Positions 36,474 through 46,103 of a DNA stretch of 64,000 bases are shown here, one piece after another; the stretch's first letter is position 1, and each line of letters starts with the position of its first letter. The notes under the pieces were generated by a model. That model searched no databases and was not told where the DNA came from. It was given only the letters and a program-made list of their open reading frames with translations. The stretch is from Thermoplasmata archaeon. Its GTDB lineage: Archaea > Thermoplasmatota > Thermoplasmata > Thermoplasmatales > GCA-001856825. Made by a program: the position numbers and the translations under genes. Location of the stretch: the NCBI GenBank assembly GCA_021792255.1, contig JAJYUZ010000002.1:1-64000 (forward strand), given 5' to 3'.

Positions 36474-39426
36474 CACAGTCATTACGAAGATTCTAATCAT
36501 TGGTTCAGGGCCAATAGTGATAGGCCAGTCTGCAGAGTTTGATTACTCCGGGAACCAGGCAATAAAGGCAGTCGTTAACGAAGGAATCCAAGTTGTAGTA
36601 GCGAATTCCAACCCAGCCACGATCCAAACCGATCGGAGAGAAGGAATCAAGCCAATGATGGTGCCACTTGACGAAGAAAGTATGATGAGGCTGATAGATG
36701 AGGAGAAGCCGGGTGCTATTCTTGGAACATTTGGTGGGCAGACGGGTCTAAATCTTTTGGTGGAACTCTGGAAATCAGGATTCCTAGCCTCCAGAAATGT
36801 CAAGGTTTTAGGCACGCAGCCCGAAGTTGTCGAAATCTCCGAAGACAGGTTAAAATTCAAAAAGAAAATGGAGGAAATTGGAGAACCCGTACTAGAATCG
36901 TATTACTGTTCAACACTTCAGGATTCAATAAAATATTCCAAGCAGATCGGTTTCCCAATAGTTGTAAGGCCCTCTTTCACACTTGGCGGTAGTGGAGGGG
37001 GAATTGCACGAAATGTAGAGGAGCTCAGATCAATAGTCGAGCAAGGATTGTACCTGTCCGAAGTCGGAGCGATTCTTATAGAGAAATCTGTAATTGGCTG
37101 GAACGAGCTCGAAGTGGAGGTGGTTCGAGACTCCCTCGGGAATAAGATTGCCGTTTGCACCATGGAGAACGTAGATCCCATGGGAGTCCACACGGGTGAC
37201 AGCATCGTGGTGACGCCCTTCCTTACGCTCAACGATTACAATTATCAGAAGATCAGGAATTCTGCTCTAAAAATCGCAGAAAGGCTCGGCATCGTAGGGG
37301 CGTGTAATGTCCAGTTTGCTTTCAACGATGCTACAGGGGAATATTACGTGATTGAAGTGAACCCAAGGTTGTCGAGATCTTCTGCTCTCGCATCCAAGGC
37401 AACAGGGTACCCAATAGCAAGGGTGGCTGCACTGATCTCTCTAGGAAAGAAACTTTCAGAGATTGAGAACACGGTGACTGGTGAGAAGAATGCTGCAAGG
37501 GAGCCTGCCATAGATTACGTCGTCGTGAAGTGCCCAGTATGGCCGATTGAAAAATTTCCAGAAGAAGATTTCAAGCTGGGAACTCAGATGAAAAGTACGG
37601 GGGAAGCAATGAGCATTGGCAAAACGCTCTCCGAGGCATTCAGGAAATCTCTGAGGTCCACGGGAATGATCAACAGGAAAGTCGTATTCGATGAATCTCT
37701 GTTATCGGTACCGAATCCCGAAAGAATTCTTCAAATCTATGAGGCTTATAAGAGAGGTTATGCGATCGAAAAGATATCTTCTCTGACTGGCTGGAAGAAG
37801 CTTTTTGTGGGCGAATTGTTAGTTGCGTTCAAAGGGGAAATTGAGGGGACAGGATTTTCCATCGTGGACACATGTGCAGGGGAATTCGATGTGCACACTC
37901 CATACTATTATTCATCGAATCCAGGCGAGAAGATTAAGGGAGACGTGATCGTTCTTGGTGGCGGACCAATAACGATAGGACAGGGGATAGAATTTGATTA
38001 TAGCTGTGTCCACGTTTCCTCGAGGTTTCGAGAGAAGGGAATCAAGGTCATAATGATAAACGATAATCCAGAAACAGTGTCCACAGATTTCGACGAAAGC
38101 GACTTCCTCGTCTTCGATCCGGTGGATTTTGAAACTGTGAGAAATGTTATTGAGAATTCTACGGCGACGTCTCTCGTTCCATGGTTTGGTGGACAAAGAC
38201 CGATTAACATCCTCCAGAAGATAAACGATCATTTCGGGGAGAGAATCAGAATTCTGGGAACGGACGTCAAAACGATTGACATCCTAGAGGATCGTGAAAA
38301 ATTTGCTTCACTAATGAGGGAAATGAGAATCCCGTATCCAGAGTACTTCTTCACATCGACAGAATCTTTTCTGGACACAGTAAAGAAACTTACCTACCCC
38401 GTCATTGTCAGGCCCTCTTACACAATTTCAGGAGCGCACATGGCCGTCCTAAAGTCCACTCAAGAAGCAGATGACTATCTGAAATTCCACGGTAGATTCG
38501 TTAAGGAGTTTCTCGTCGAAAAATATCTTGACAATTCGATGGAAGCAGAAATCGATGGTGTTTCAGATGGCGAGAATGTACTGATCCCAGGAATAATAGA
38601 ACACATAGAAGAAGCTGGGATTCACTCAGGCGACTCAACCAGTATCTTCCCCTCCAAAAACATTCCCAGCCATGTCCTGGAGACGATGAAGGAATACACG
38701 AAGTTGATCTGCAGGAAACTCAGAGTGGTTGGGCCGATAAACATCCAGTTTGCAGTCAAGGACAATGTGGTTCACATAATAGAGATAAATCCTAGATCAT
38801 CTAGGACTTTCCCCTTTGTTTCAAAAATTTCAGGAATCAATCTATCGGAAGCTGCGACGGATGTTCTTCTCGGGGCAAAACTTTCAGAGATCCAATCAAC
38901 TACAAACCTGACGGGAGTAAAGGTTCCAATATTCCCATTCGAGAAGTTGAAGGGATCTGACGTAATTCTTGGTCCAGAAATGAAGAGCACAGGCGAAGTT
39001 ATAGGTATTGGTTCAAACTTGAAGCAGGCTCTTGTCAACGGTTACAGGGCCGCAGGCTACAACATCTCAAAGGAAGGGGTCATCATTTCAATTCCAGCAA
39101 AAAGGATCAGCGAATTCCTAGGAATAGTAAAGATGATAAACAATTCTGGCAAGGCAATATATTGTACAGAAGGGACTCACGACGTTTTAGAGAATTATGG
39201 TATCAACACGGTCAAAATAAAAAAGATTTTCGAGGGCGTCCCCAATACGCTCGATCTCCTCAATCTTGGGAACGTATCTGCCGTCATAAATGTACTATCA
39301 GAAAATTACAGGTCAGAGAGTGATGGAAAGATAATGAGGAGAGCTTGTTATGAGAAGAGGGTGCTTTACATAAGTACCAGGACCCAAGCTGCGGCATTTG
39401 CCGAAGTGATCACAGTTTCCAGATAA
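36463..39426 (+). CDS. carB: Carbamoyl-phosphate synthase large subunit
   Basis: GSGPIVIGQSAEFDYSG, two ATP-grasp domains (EVNPRLSRSS, EINPRSSRT), MKSTGE twice, and a C-terminal MGS-like domain. Confidence 0.96.
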   Translation: MSADTVITKILIIGSGPIVIGQSAEFDYSGNQAIKAVVNEGIQVVVANSNPATIQTDRREGIKPMMVPLDEESMMRLIDEEKPGAILGTFGGQTGLNLLVELWKSGFLASRNVKVLGTQPEVVEISEDRLKFKKKMEEIGEPVLESYYCSTLQDSIKYSKQIGFPIVVRPSFTLGGSGGGIARNVEELRSIVEQGLYLSEVGAILIEKSVIGWNELEVEVVRDSLGNKIAVCTMENVDPMGVHTGDSIVVTPFLTLNDYNYQKIRNSALKIAERLGIVGACNVQFAFNDATGEYYVIEVNPRLSRSSALASKATGYPIARVAALISLGKKLSEIENTVTGEKNAAREPAIDYVVVKCPVWPIEKFPEEDFKLGTQMKSTGEAMSIGKTLSEAFRKSLRSTGMINRKVVFDESLLSVPNPERILQIYEAYKRGYAIEKISSLTGWKKLFVGELLVAFKGEIEGTGFSIVDTCAGEFDVHTPYYYSSNPGEKIKGDVIVLGGGPITIGQGIEFDYSCVHVSSRFREKGIKVIMINDNPETVSTDFDESDFLVFDPVDFETVRNVIENSTATSLVPWFGGQRPINILQKINDHFGERIRILGTDVKTIDILEDREKFASLMREMRIPYPEYFFTSTESFLDTVKKLTYPVIVRPSYTISGAHMAVLKSTQEADDYLKFHGRFVKEFLVEKYLDNSMEAEIDGVSDGENVLIPGIIEHIEEAGIHSGDSTSIFPSKNIPSHVLETMKEYTKLICRKLRVVGPINIQFAVKDNVVHIIEINPRSSRTFPFVSKISGINLSEAATDVLLGAKLSEIQSTTNLTGVKVPIFPFEKLKGSDVILGPEMKSTGEVIGIGSNLKQALVNGYRAAGYNISKEGVIISIPAKRISEFLGIVKMINNSGKAIYCTEGTHDVLENYGINTVKIKKIFEGVPNTLDLLNLGNVSAVINVLSENYRSESDGKIMRRACYEKRVLYISTRTQAAAFAEVITVSR

Positions 39427-39585
39427 GAATACGGGAAGAGTTCATAAATTCGAGCTAGTTTTCGTCGGTAATGCGTCAGTTAGATGGATTAAATGTTTAA
39501 GCTTTCTTAATATTTTATGCATGGCTTAATATATTTCACAATGAGATTATATTCTTGAAAGCGATATCAGAATTGGTGTCGACCT

Positions 39586-39990
39586 ATGGTAAGTAAACTA
39601 TCTATAATTTTGTTCAGTGGAACGACCGACAAAATACTTTCGGCGGGCGTATTATCGCAAGCCGGCGCGGCAATGGGATCAGAAGTGAGAATATTCGTAA
39701 CCTTCTGGGGGCTACTAAGTTTTACCAAGGGAGAAAAAAAGATGATGCTCCCTAAGGAATTCGAACAGATGGGCCCGGTGTTCATGCAAGGGATGGCGAG
39801 GGAACACGTGAAGTCCTGGTACGAGATGATAATGGAAGCAAAAGAGTTTGGTGCCAAGGTTTACGCATGTTCAATGGCGTGCGGAGTCATGGGCATAAAG
39901 AGAGAGGATTTGGATCCAATCGTCGATGACATGGTAGGGGCAGCAGCTTTCCTCCAGCAAGCTGAAGGTGGCCAGACGCTGTACATATAA
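39586..39990 (+). CDS. DsrE/DsrF-like sulfur relay protein
   Basis: LSIILFSGT, IFVTFWGL, VYACSMAC and VGAAAFL motifs. Confidence 0.85.
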   Translation: MVSKLSIILFSGTTDKILSAGVLSQAGAAMGSEVRIFVTFWGLLSFTKGEKKMMLPKEFEQMGPVFMQGMAREHVKSWYEMIMEAKEFGAKVYACSMACGVMGIKREDLDPIVDDMVGAAAFLQQAEGGQTLYI

Positions 39991-40000
39991 GGTGATGAAA

Positions 40001-40234
40001 ATGGAAAACTTCAAAATAATCGATTCGAGAGGGTCGGCTTGTCCTGGTCCCATAACAGATTTGGCGAGAGCTTACCGGAACTCTAAGGTGGGAGATTTGC
40101 TGGAAATCTGGGCTACCGACAAGGGAGTGAGGGCGGATACCCAGGCCTGGGCAGCCAAAACCGGGAATGAGATCCTCGAAGTGAAGGAAGATCAGGAAAA
40201 GATCGTCATCAAGATCAAGATAAACAAAAGATAA
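40001..40234 (+). CDS. tusA: TusA family sulfur carrier protein
   Basis: IDSRGSACPGP, GDLLEIWATD and WAAKTGN motifs; SD GGTGA 5 nt before ATG 40001. Confidence 0.88.
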   Translation: MENFKIIDSRGSACPGPITDLARAYRNSKVGDLLEIWATDKGVRADTQAWAAKTGNEILEVKEDQEKIVIKIKINKR

Positions 40235-40241
40235 ACGGAAG

Positions 40242-41432
40242 ATGAAAATGAAGAAAGTTCTCATAATAGGTGGTGGAGGGGGCGGGCTAATCCTTGCTAA
40301 CCATCTAGATACAAATGAGTATGATGTGACTGTAGTGGACAAGAGTGACTTGCACTTTTATCAACCATGGTTCTTGTACATAGCCTTTAAAGGTTCCAAA
40401 AGAAAGATTTCCAGACCAATAGGATCGCTGTTGAAACCCGGAGTGCACTTCGTTCAGGACGAGATAAGTGCCATCAATTTAGACGAGAGAAAAGTCTACG
40501 GCACGAGAAAGGGAATATACACTTACGACTATCTAGCCATCGCGACTGGAACTACTCCAGACCCAGACGCGATTCCAGGACTAAGGCAGATCTATGATGA
40601 ATATGGAGACTACCATACCAATGTCTGGAACTCAGAAAAGTTATGGTCACATATAAGCAAATTCAAGGGAGGGACGATCGCAATTGGCCAATCTTCTGCA
40701 ACATGCAAGTGCCCACCTTCTCTGTTAGAGGGGGCGTTTCTTCTAGAAGAGCGCCTCAGAAGTATTGGATTGAAAGAAAAAACAAAGATAGTGTTCTTCA
40801 CTCCGTTTGCCAGAGCCTATTCTGCAGAACCGATGAACAAGGTTGTGGAACCGTTCGTAAAGGAAAGGGGCATAGAAGTAATGCCATTCTTCGACGTAGA
40901 CACGATAGATGTGGAGCACAAGACAATCGCATCTCTAGAAGGAGACTCGCTAAATTACGACCTTCCAATCATAGTACCTCCCTGCAAAGGAACGAAAATA
41001 AAGATCATTCCGGAAACGGTGCAAGACGAAGATAGATTCATAAAGGCGGATAAGAAGTACATGAAAATAAACGGTTACGAGGACGCCTTTGCTATAGGCG
41101 ACTGCAACACTCTTCCCACATCCAAAACGGGAGTCACTGCACATCTCGAGGCCATGGCAGTTTCAGAAATAATTCAGGGAAGATACGCAGAATTCGACGG
41201 AAGGATCAATTGCCCTTTCGACACAGCATACGGAAAGGCGACTTTCGTAATAGCCGACTACAACAATCCAGTGGTTCCTTACCCACCTACAAAAACGAAG
41301 CACATGATGAAGATGAGCATGGCACGGATTTACTGGATGACCTTGATGGGCACGGCCGATCCGATCTTTGAACAGTTTTTCAACCACACGAAACCTGAAA
41401 AACTCAACAAGAAGTTTGCCGCTACAGAGTAA
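40242..41432 (+). CDS. Sulfide:quinone oxidoreductase-like FAD-dependent oxidoreductase
   Basis: GGGGGG Rossmann motif, HFYQP, KCPPS, FAIGD, KTG and FDGRINC. Confidence 0.8.
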   Translation: MKMKKVLIIGGGGGGLILANHLDTNEYDVTVVDKSDLHFYQPWFLYIAFKGSKRKISRPIGSLLKPGVHFVQDEISAINLDERKVYGTRKGIYTYDYLAIATGTTPDPDAIPGLRQIYDEYGDYHTNVWNSEKLWSHISKFKGGTIAIGQSSATCKCPPSLLEGAFLLEERLRSIGLKEKTKIVFFTPFARAYSAEPMNKVVEPFVKERGIEVMPFFDVDTIDVEHKTIASLEGDSLNYDLPIIVPPCKGTKIKIIPETVQDEDRFIKADKKYMKINGYEDAFAIGDCNTLPTSKTGVTAHLEAMAVSEIIQGRYAEFDGRINCPFDTAYGKATFVIADYNNPVVPYPPTKTKHMMKMSMARIYWMTLMGTADPIFEQFFNHTKPEKLNKKFAATE

Positions 41433-41523
41433 TCTTATACTCCTTTTTTCCTCTTATTTCTACTATTAAGGAAGCGTGGACTCTGACTCGAGGCAAAGTG
41501 TCGTTCTTACGGGGAATGCGTAA

Positions 41524-41877
41524 CTAGTAGCCCAGTATTTTCATCGCTGCTTCAACTGGGACGACACAAATCATTTTCATGCTACTCTCCGCTCTAATTG
41601 TGTGTGTCACTCCCCCCGGGATAAAGAGGAACATATCCTTCTCGACCGATATCTTTTTGCCCTCCAGTTCCGCCTCTCCTTTGCCGGCAAGAACGAATAT
41701 CTCGTGTTCGTAGTCGTGGCTATGATTTGGAGTCGATTTACCACCTGGTATGGTTATCAATCTCATCGAAAAATTCTGCGCACCATCTCTGTGAGTGATA
41801 AGCCATCTTATCTTTCCACCGCCTTCTAGGTCAAGTTCTTCTATTGTTGAGGAGGCTTCCACGATAAATCTCGCCAT
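41524..41877 (-). CDS. Cupin domain protein
   Basis: PNHSHDYEHEIFVLAGKG and IPGGVTH motifs. Confidence 0.88.
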   Translation of the reverse strand: MARFIVEASSTIEELDLEGGGKIRWLITHRDGAQNFSMRLITIPGGKSTPNHSHDYEHEIFVLAGKGEAELEGKKISVEKDMFLFIPGGVTHTIRAESSMKMICVVPVEAAMKILGY

Positions 41878-41910
41878 GAAGGAATATGGCACCTTTCTAT
41901 ATCAAAATGG

Positions 41911-42456
41911 CTACTTCTTGATTTTTTCTGGATTGGGCCAGGGAAAGAGCGTTTCCCCGATCTGGTTTCTCTTGTTTGCTACGAGTGCCATCATGAAAAT
42001 CAATGACGAGAGCCTGTTCAGATATTGCAGAGAGGGAGGACCAACCTTCTGGACTGCATTGAGTTCTACCAATCTTCTTTCGGCTCTTCTAGTTATTGCC
42101 CTCGAAAGCTGCAGGCTGGCTGCTTCCTTGGAGCCTCCAGGGATCACAAACAATCTTATTTCTCCAATCTCCTTCAGGTAAACGGCTATCCTATTTTCCA
42201 GCCAGGAAACTCCGTCGTCTCTCAGTTTTCGTCCGGTTCCAGAGGTCAGTATTTCTTCTCCTAAATGAAATAAATCCATCTGTACTTGAGAAAGATCCGT
42301 GGTCACATCACTCCAGGAGATCTGGACCTTGGAATATCCAATCTGAGCTATCAGCTCGTCGAGAGTTCCTTCCCACTCTATGATTGGATTGTCTTTCTTG
42401 ATCCTCTTGCCGGATGTACTGTCCGTTTCTCCCGAATCGCCACGCCTAGAGTACAC
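41911..42456 (-). CDS. Cob(I)alamin adenosyltransferase, PduO type
   Basis: YSRRGDSGET, GTLDEL, FVIPGG, RAITRRAER and YLNRLSS motifs. Confidence 0.93.
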   Translation of the reverse strand: MYSRRGDSGETDSTSGKRIKKDNPIIEWEGTLDELIAQIGYSKVQISWSDVTTDLSQVQMDLFHLGEEILTSGTGRKLRDDGVSWLENRIAVYLKEIGEIRLFVIPGGSKEAASLQLSRAITRRAERRLVELNAVQKVGPPSLQYLNRLSSLIFMMALVANKRNQIGETLFPWPNPEKIKK

Positions 42457-42573
42457 TCATTATTATCATAATCCCGTATATCTTTTTAGTGACCGGATCG
42501 ACTTCATTCAGAGGCATCGCCAAAGGGAAGGAAAAGAGCTAAGCAAAAGTTTGTAATTATGTGCCAAGACCTG

Positions 42574-42639
42574 AGGAGCAGTGTGATGAATTTAGCCTTA
42601 ACTGAGTATGATGAGTGACAGGCGATCTGATCTGCTCCT
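42574..42639 (+). ncRNA. Box C/D methylation guide sRNA
   Basis: Box C GTGATGA (42583-89), 12-nt guide, D' CTGA (42602-05), C' ATGATGA (42608-14), 12-nt guide, D CTGA (42627-30); 8-bp terminal stem AGGAGCAG/CTGCTCCT. Confidence 0.9.
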
Positions 42640-42647
42640 TTCGTTTT

Positions 42648-43184
42648 TCAGTCCAAGGTATTCTTGCTCATCGCTTCGAAAAATAAATCAAAATTGCCGT
42701 TCTCAAATGCCTCTCTGATCATCTTGAAAAATAGGGACGTATCGGTATCAGGAAGGAGGCCATTTATCGCAAGCAGAACCCTCTGCTTTGTAGTGATAAG
42801 CTCTTTCAGATTTCCTTCGAGGAGTCTTATCTTATTGTCATTGTCTTTGAGCTGTGCAATCAGTTCCTGCAGGTTTCCTTCCAGTAACTCTGTCTCCTCT
42901 TCCTCCTTTCCAAAGACAGAGATGCTCTCTATGAACTGCAAGAGAGAAAGGAGGGGGTGATTTGCTTTGTAGAGGATCCTCGGCGGACCCTCATCGGATT
43001 CTATCTTTCCCACCTTGTAGACCATTCCACTGTCCTCCAGAAGCTTGATGTGTTTCGCGATTAGTTGCTGCGAACTCCCAATAGATCTAGCAAGTTCAAA
43101 AGTGTACGAAGGTCTTATGGAAAGGATACTCAGGATCTTTCTCCTGATGTCGTTGTCTATTAAGTCCAACAGATCTGTTGACAT
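42648..43184 (-). CDS. ArsR-family regulator (Phr/HSR1-like heat-shock regulator candidate)
   Basis: wHTH NDIRRKILSILS.RP.Y..ELAR...SQQLIAKHIKLLE.SG and GPPR..Y, followed by a coiled coil; directly downstream of hsp20. Confidence 0.78.
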   Translation of the reverse strand: MSTDLLDLIDNDIRRKILSILSIRPSYTFELARSIGSSQQLIAKHIKLLEDSGMVYKVGKIESDEGPPRILYKANHPLLSLLQFIESISVFGKEEEETELLEGNLQELIAQLKDNDNKIRLLEGNLKELITTKQRVLLAINGLLPDTDTSLFFKMIREAFENGNFDLFFEAMSKNTLD

Positions 43185-43186
43185 GC

Positions 43187-43738
43187 TTAATCTACTGGAA
43201 TTCTCTTCCCTTCTTTCTTTTTTATCAGAGGCTTCTTCACTATGATGTCTAAGACGCCATTGGAGTATGATGCCTTAACGTTCTCCGGAAGAATGCTGTC
43301 AACGAGTTCCACTTCCTTGTAGTATTTTCTACCATCGTTGTCTACCTTTATGATCAGAGTGTTGTCACTTGTTTCAATCGATATGTCCTTCTTGGTTACT
43401 CCCGGGATTTCCAAGGTTATATCCGTTTCTTGTTCCCTGTTCTGTACATCGGTTATGGGCTCTCTGTATTCCAAACTCGGGACCTCGGAATCTTCTTGGT
43501 AGGCTCTGGGTATGTTGCCAAATTCTTTGAACTCTGGCTTACCATCTGCCCCCAACCTGTAAGTAAATCCATACACGTATGTACCCGGCTGGTCCTGCTC
43601 TTTTATGTTCTCGATCTCGTCGAAAGTATCAAACCATCTCTCGAGGAACTTCTTGTACTCCCTATCGCTGTTTTCCAGAAAATCATGGATATCATTCCAG
43701 AAGTCATCATCTCTTTTTCTAATCTTTCTATTGACCAT
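43187..43738 (-). CDS. hsp20: Small heat-shock protein Hsp20
   Basis: YVYGFTYRLGADGKP.F.EFGN, REPITDV, LEIPGV and ASYSNGVLDI, with a C-terminal IPV motif. Confidence 0.93.
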   Translation of the reverse strand: MVNRKIRKRDDDFWNDIHDFLENSDREYKKFLERWFDTFDEIENIKEQDQPGTYVYGFTYRLGADGKPEFKEFGNIPRAYQEDSEVPSLEYREPITDVQNREQETDITLEIPGVTKKDISIETSDNTLIIKVDNDGRKYYKEVELVDSILPENVKASYSNGVLDIIVKKPLIKKKEGKRIPVD

Positions 43739-43757
43739 GTTTACCACCTTTGGTTAA

Positions 43758-43770
43758 CAACTCCTTGTTG
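43758..43770 (-). promoter_or_regulatory. Candidate heat-shock repressor operator CAAC-N5-GTTG
   Basis: Inverted repeat between a TTTAATAA TATA (about 43790-43797, minus strand) and the hsp20 SD. Confidence 0.45.
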
Positions 43771-43919
43771 AGTAGTAATTAATATCGCATTATTAAACCT
43801 TACTCAGGGGAATCTTCCTCTTCATTGGGTGTATCCAGAATCCTTAAAATTGGGATATAATATTATTATGTGTTGGTAGAATATATCTCTTACCGAAGTG
43901 CTTGAATGTAGGGTAAGAT

Positions 43920-45704
43920 TCATTTCTGTTTCTTGACACTCCTGTTGTATTCCATGATAGTTGCGATGAGTGAAAGATGACTGAACGCTTGGGGGTAGTT
44001 TCCAAGGTACCTGTGGGTTTTAAATTCAATTTCTTCTGGGAGGAGAGATACTTCGTTGAGGAGGTCCAGGATCATCATTAAGCCGTCGTGCGCGGACTGT
44101 AACTGTCCATTTTGGATCAAGTTTCTGATGTACCAAAAAGACACCATTAGGAAAGCGTTATCCTCTCCTTTTAGCCCGTCGTCCAGAGTGTACCTCTTGA
44201 ACAAATATTTCTCAGGCATCAGTTTTTCTTCGATGACGCTGAGAGTGTTCTTGTAGACATTGTCGGCTATAGTGCAGAAACCGAAGAGGGGTAGTCTGAG
44301 AAGGGCGGAATCCACGTCATCCGTTTCATAACTCTGTTTGAAGTAGCCTTTTGATGAGATTCCCTTTCTATAGATTTCTTCTCTCAATGCTCTTGCTTCG
44401 TTCAAAACCGCTGAAGCGTTTGAATCATCTCCCATCCTTGAATAGAGCCAGGACAGGTCAGAAAGAGCCTTCCAAGCTAGAGCCTTTGAATAGACGTAGT
44501 TCCTCTTGTCTCCGCGTATTTCCCATATTGATGAATCTGGCTCTCTCCAAATATTGATCAGAGAATTGCCGATTAAGAAGACCTTCTCCATCGTATGAAT
44601 GCTCAGAAATCCAGAATTTTCTAAGAGCATCCTCAGTGAAATTATTAGAGACGCGTACTGATCTATTTGAAGCTGACTCCGTGCGCCATTGCCAATCCTC
44701 ACAGGGGAGGAATTCATGTATCCGGCAAGATCTAAGGAGGACTCTTCTATATTGGAGTCTTCGCTCACTTTGTAAATGGAGGACAATTTGCCATCCTTTT
44801 CAAATCTGTCTATAATAGAGAGGTAGAATTTTGTGGCTTCTTCTATGTATCCCAGTTGGACCAATCCTTCTATTACGTAGGAAGTATCCCTGACCCACAT
44901 GAACCTATAATCCCAGTTCCTTTCTCCTCCAATTGATTCAGGAAGAGAAGTGGTCGGTGAGGCTACCATGAAATTGTTGGGGTCAAAAAACAGTCCTTTC
45001 AGGGTAAGGAGGGATCTGTTTACAACGTCGTAAAAGATACCTTGATACTTCGACTTCATTAGCCACTCTTTCCAGAACCTCCGGGTCTGCCACAATCTGT
45101 CTTCGCTTGCGAACAGAGTCGGTGGATAAGCTTTCTTTAGGTTGTGCGCCGTGACGAGCCATCTCACCGCAGTTGCCGGCAGCGTAACAGTTCCAGTGAC
45201 GGAGTTTTCCTCCACTTTCAAATCTAGGTCCGTCGACAAGAACTGGCTCGAGTTCTCTGAAAAGACATTGTAGCCTTTACTGTCGACTTTCTGGACCGAT
45301 TTTCTCCTCTTTAAGAAAAAAGGATTGAAATCTATTTCAATGTTCACGTCCGCGAACGTCTCTATTCTCCTGTGAATCTCAGAAAAGTAGACGGAATGCT
45401 CGAAACTCATAGGAAGGAAGTCCATTATTGAGAGTACTTTGCTCTTCTTGTCCGAGAACAGAGTAAAGAGTATGTTGGTATCGGGCTCATAGTACTGCCT
45501 AGATTCTAGATTCCTGTTGACTGGTCGAATGCTGAAGTACCCTCCTTTTTTTCTATCTAATATCGAAGAAAAGACCATTTCAGAATCGAAATTTGGGAAA
45601 CAGGCAAAGTCGACCTCACCAAACTTCGAAACCAGAGCAGCGGTTCTGTTATTCAAAAGAACACCGTGATCTTCAATGCGTGGATATTCTGGATCGTTAG
45701 GCAC
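43920..45704 (-). CDS. Glycoside hydrolase family 15 (trehalase/glucoamylase-like)
   Basis: ASPTTSLPESIGGERNWDYRFMWVRD, PVRIGNGA..QLQIDQY, SSIWEIRG and LPEE...LGNYPQAFSH motifs. Confidence 0.92.
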   Translation of the reverse strand: MPNDPEYPRIEDHGVLLNNRTAALVSKFGEVDFACFPNFDSEMVFSSILDRKKGGYFSIRPVNRNLESRQYYEPDTNILFTLFSDKKSKVLSIMDFLPMSFEHSVYFSEIHRRIETFADVNIEIDFNPFFLKRRKSVQKVDSKGYNVFSENSSQFLSTDLDLKVEENSVTGTVTLPATAVRWLVTAHNLKKAYPPTLFASEDRLWQTRRFWKEWLMKSKYQGIFYDVVNRSLLTLKGLFFDPNNFMVASPTTSLPESIGGERNWDYRFMWVRDTSYVIEGLVQLGYIEEATKFYLSIIDRFEKDGKLSSIYKVSEDSNIEESSLDLAGYMNSSPVRIGNGARSQLQIDQYASLIISLRMLLENSGFLSIHTMEKVFLIGNSLINIWREPDSSIWEIRGDKRNYVYSKALAWKALSDLSWLYSRMGDDSNASAVLNEARALREEIYRKGISSKGYFKQSYETDDVDSALLRLPLFGFCTIADNVYKNTLSVIEEKLMPEKYLFKRYTLDDGLKGEDNAFLMVSFWYIRNLIQNGQLQSAHDGLMMILDLLNEVSLLPEEIEFKTHRYLGNYPQAFSHLSLIATIMEYNRSVKKQK

Positions 45705-46059
45705 AATTCATGAGCTTTATTTCCTTTTAAATTTTTCCAGTCGAGTCAACCGAATGCTGAAAGCACAGTTCATTTGATCGCATGTGGCATTACGTATTCT
45801 GACCTACGAAAGTACATTGATTCAACAGTGACCCCATCGAGAATGAAGAAAATGACAGAAGGATAATATTGGTAAACAATCACAGTTCGATAGAACAGGT
45901 TAGGAATGGATGAACCAGAGTATCCAGAAGAGATTAGGAACAGAGTCAAAAAAAGAAACAATAAACTTGAGGTACAGACAGAACAATCACTTGTCAAACC
46001 CAGTGGACGCATTTTAAAGGCAACTCAGGAGCGCGTATTTTACTATATTTAGTAATTAG

Positions 46060-46083
46060 TTATCGATATCGATATCGTTATAT
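46060..46083 (+). promoter_or_regulatory. Putative PadR operator TTATCGATATCGATATCGTTATAT (copy 2), overlapping the TATA box
   Basis: Identical to the reverse complement of 21145-21168; runs into TTATATATA about 20 nt before the PadR ATG. Confidence 0.72.
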
Positions 46084-46103
46084 ATACTATTGAACTATCA
46101 TTT

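Noticed and set aside
45720-46055. Short ORFs in the gap between GH15 and padR (80 aa on minus, about 48 aa on plus)
   Set aside because: No recognisable motifs or clear translation signals.
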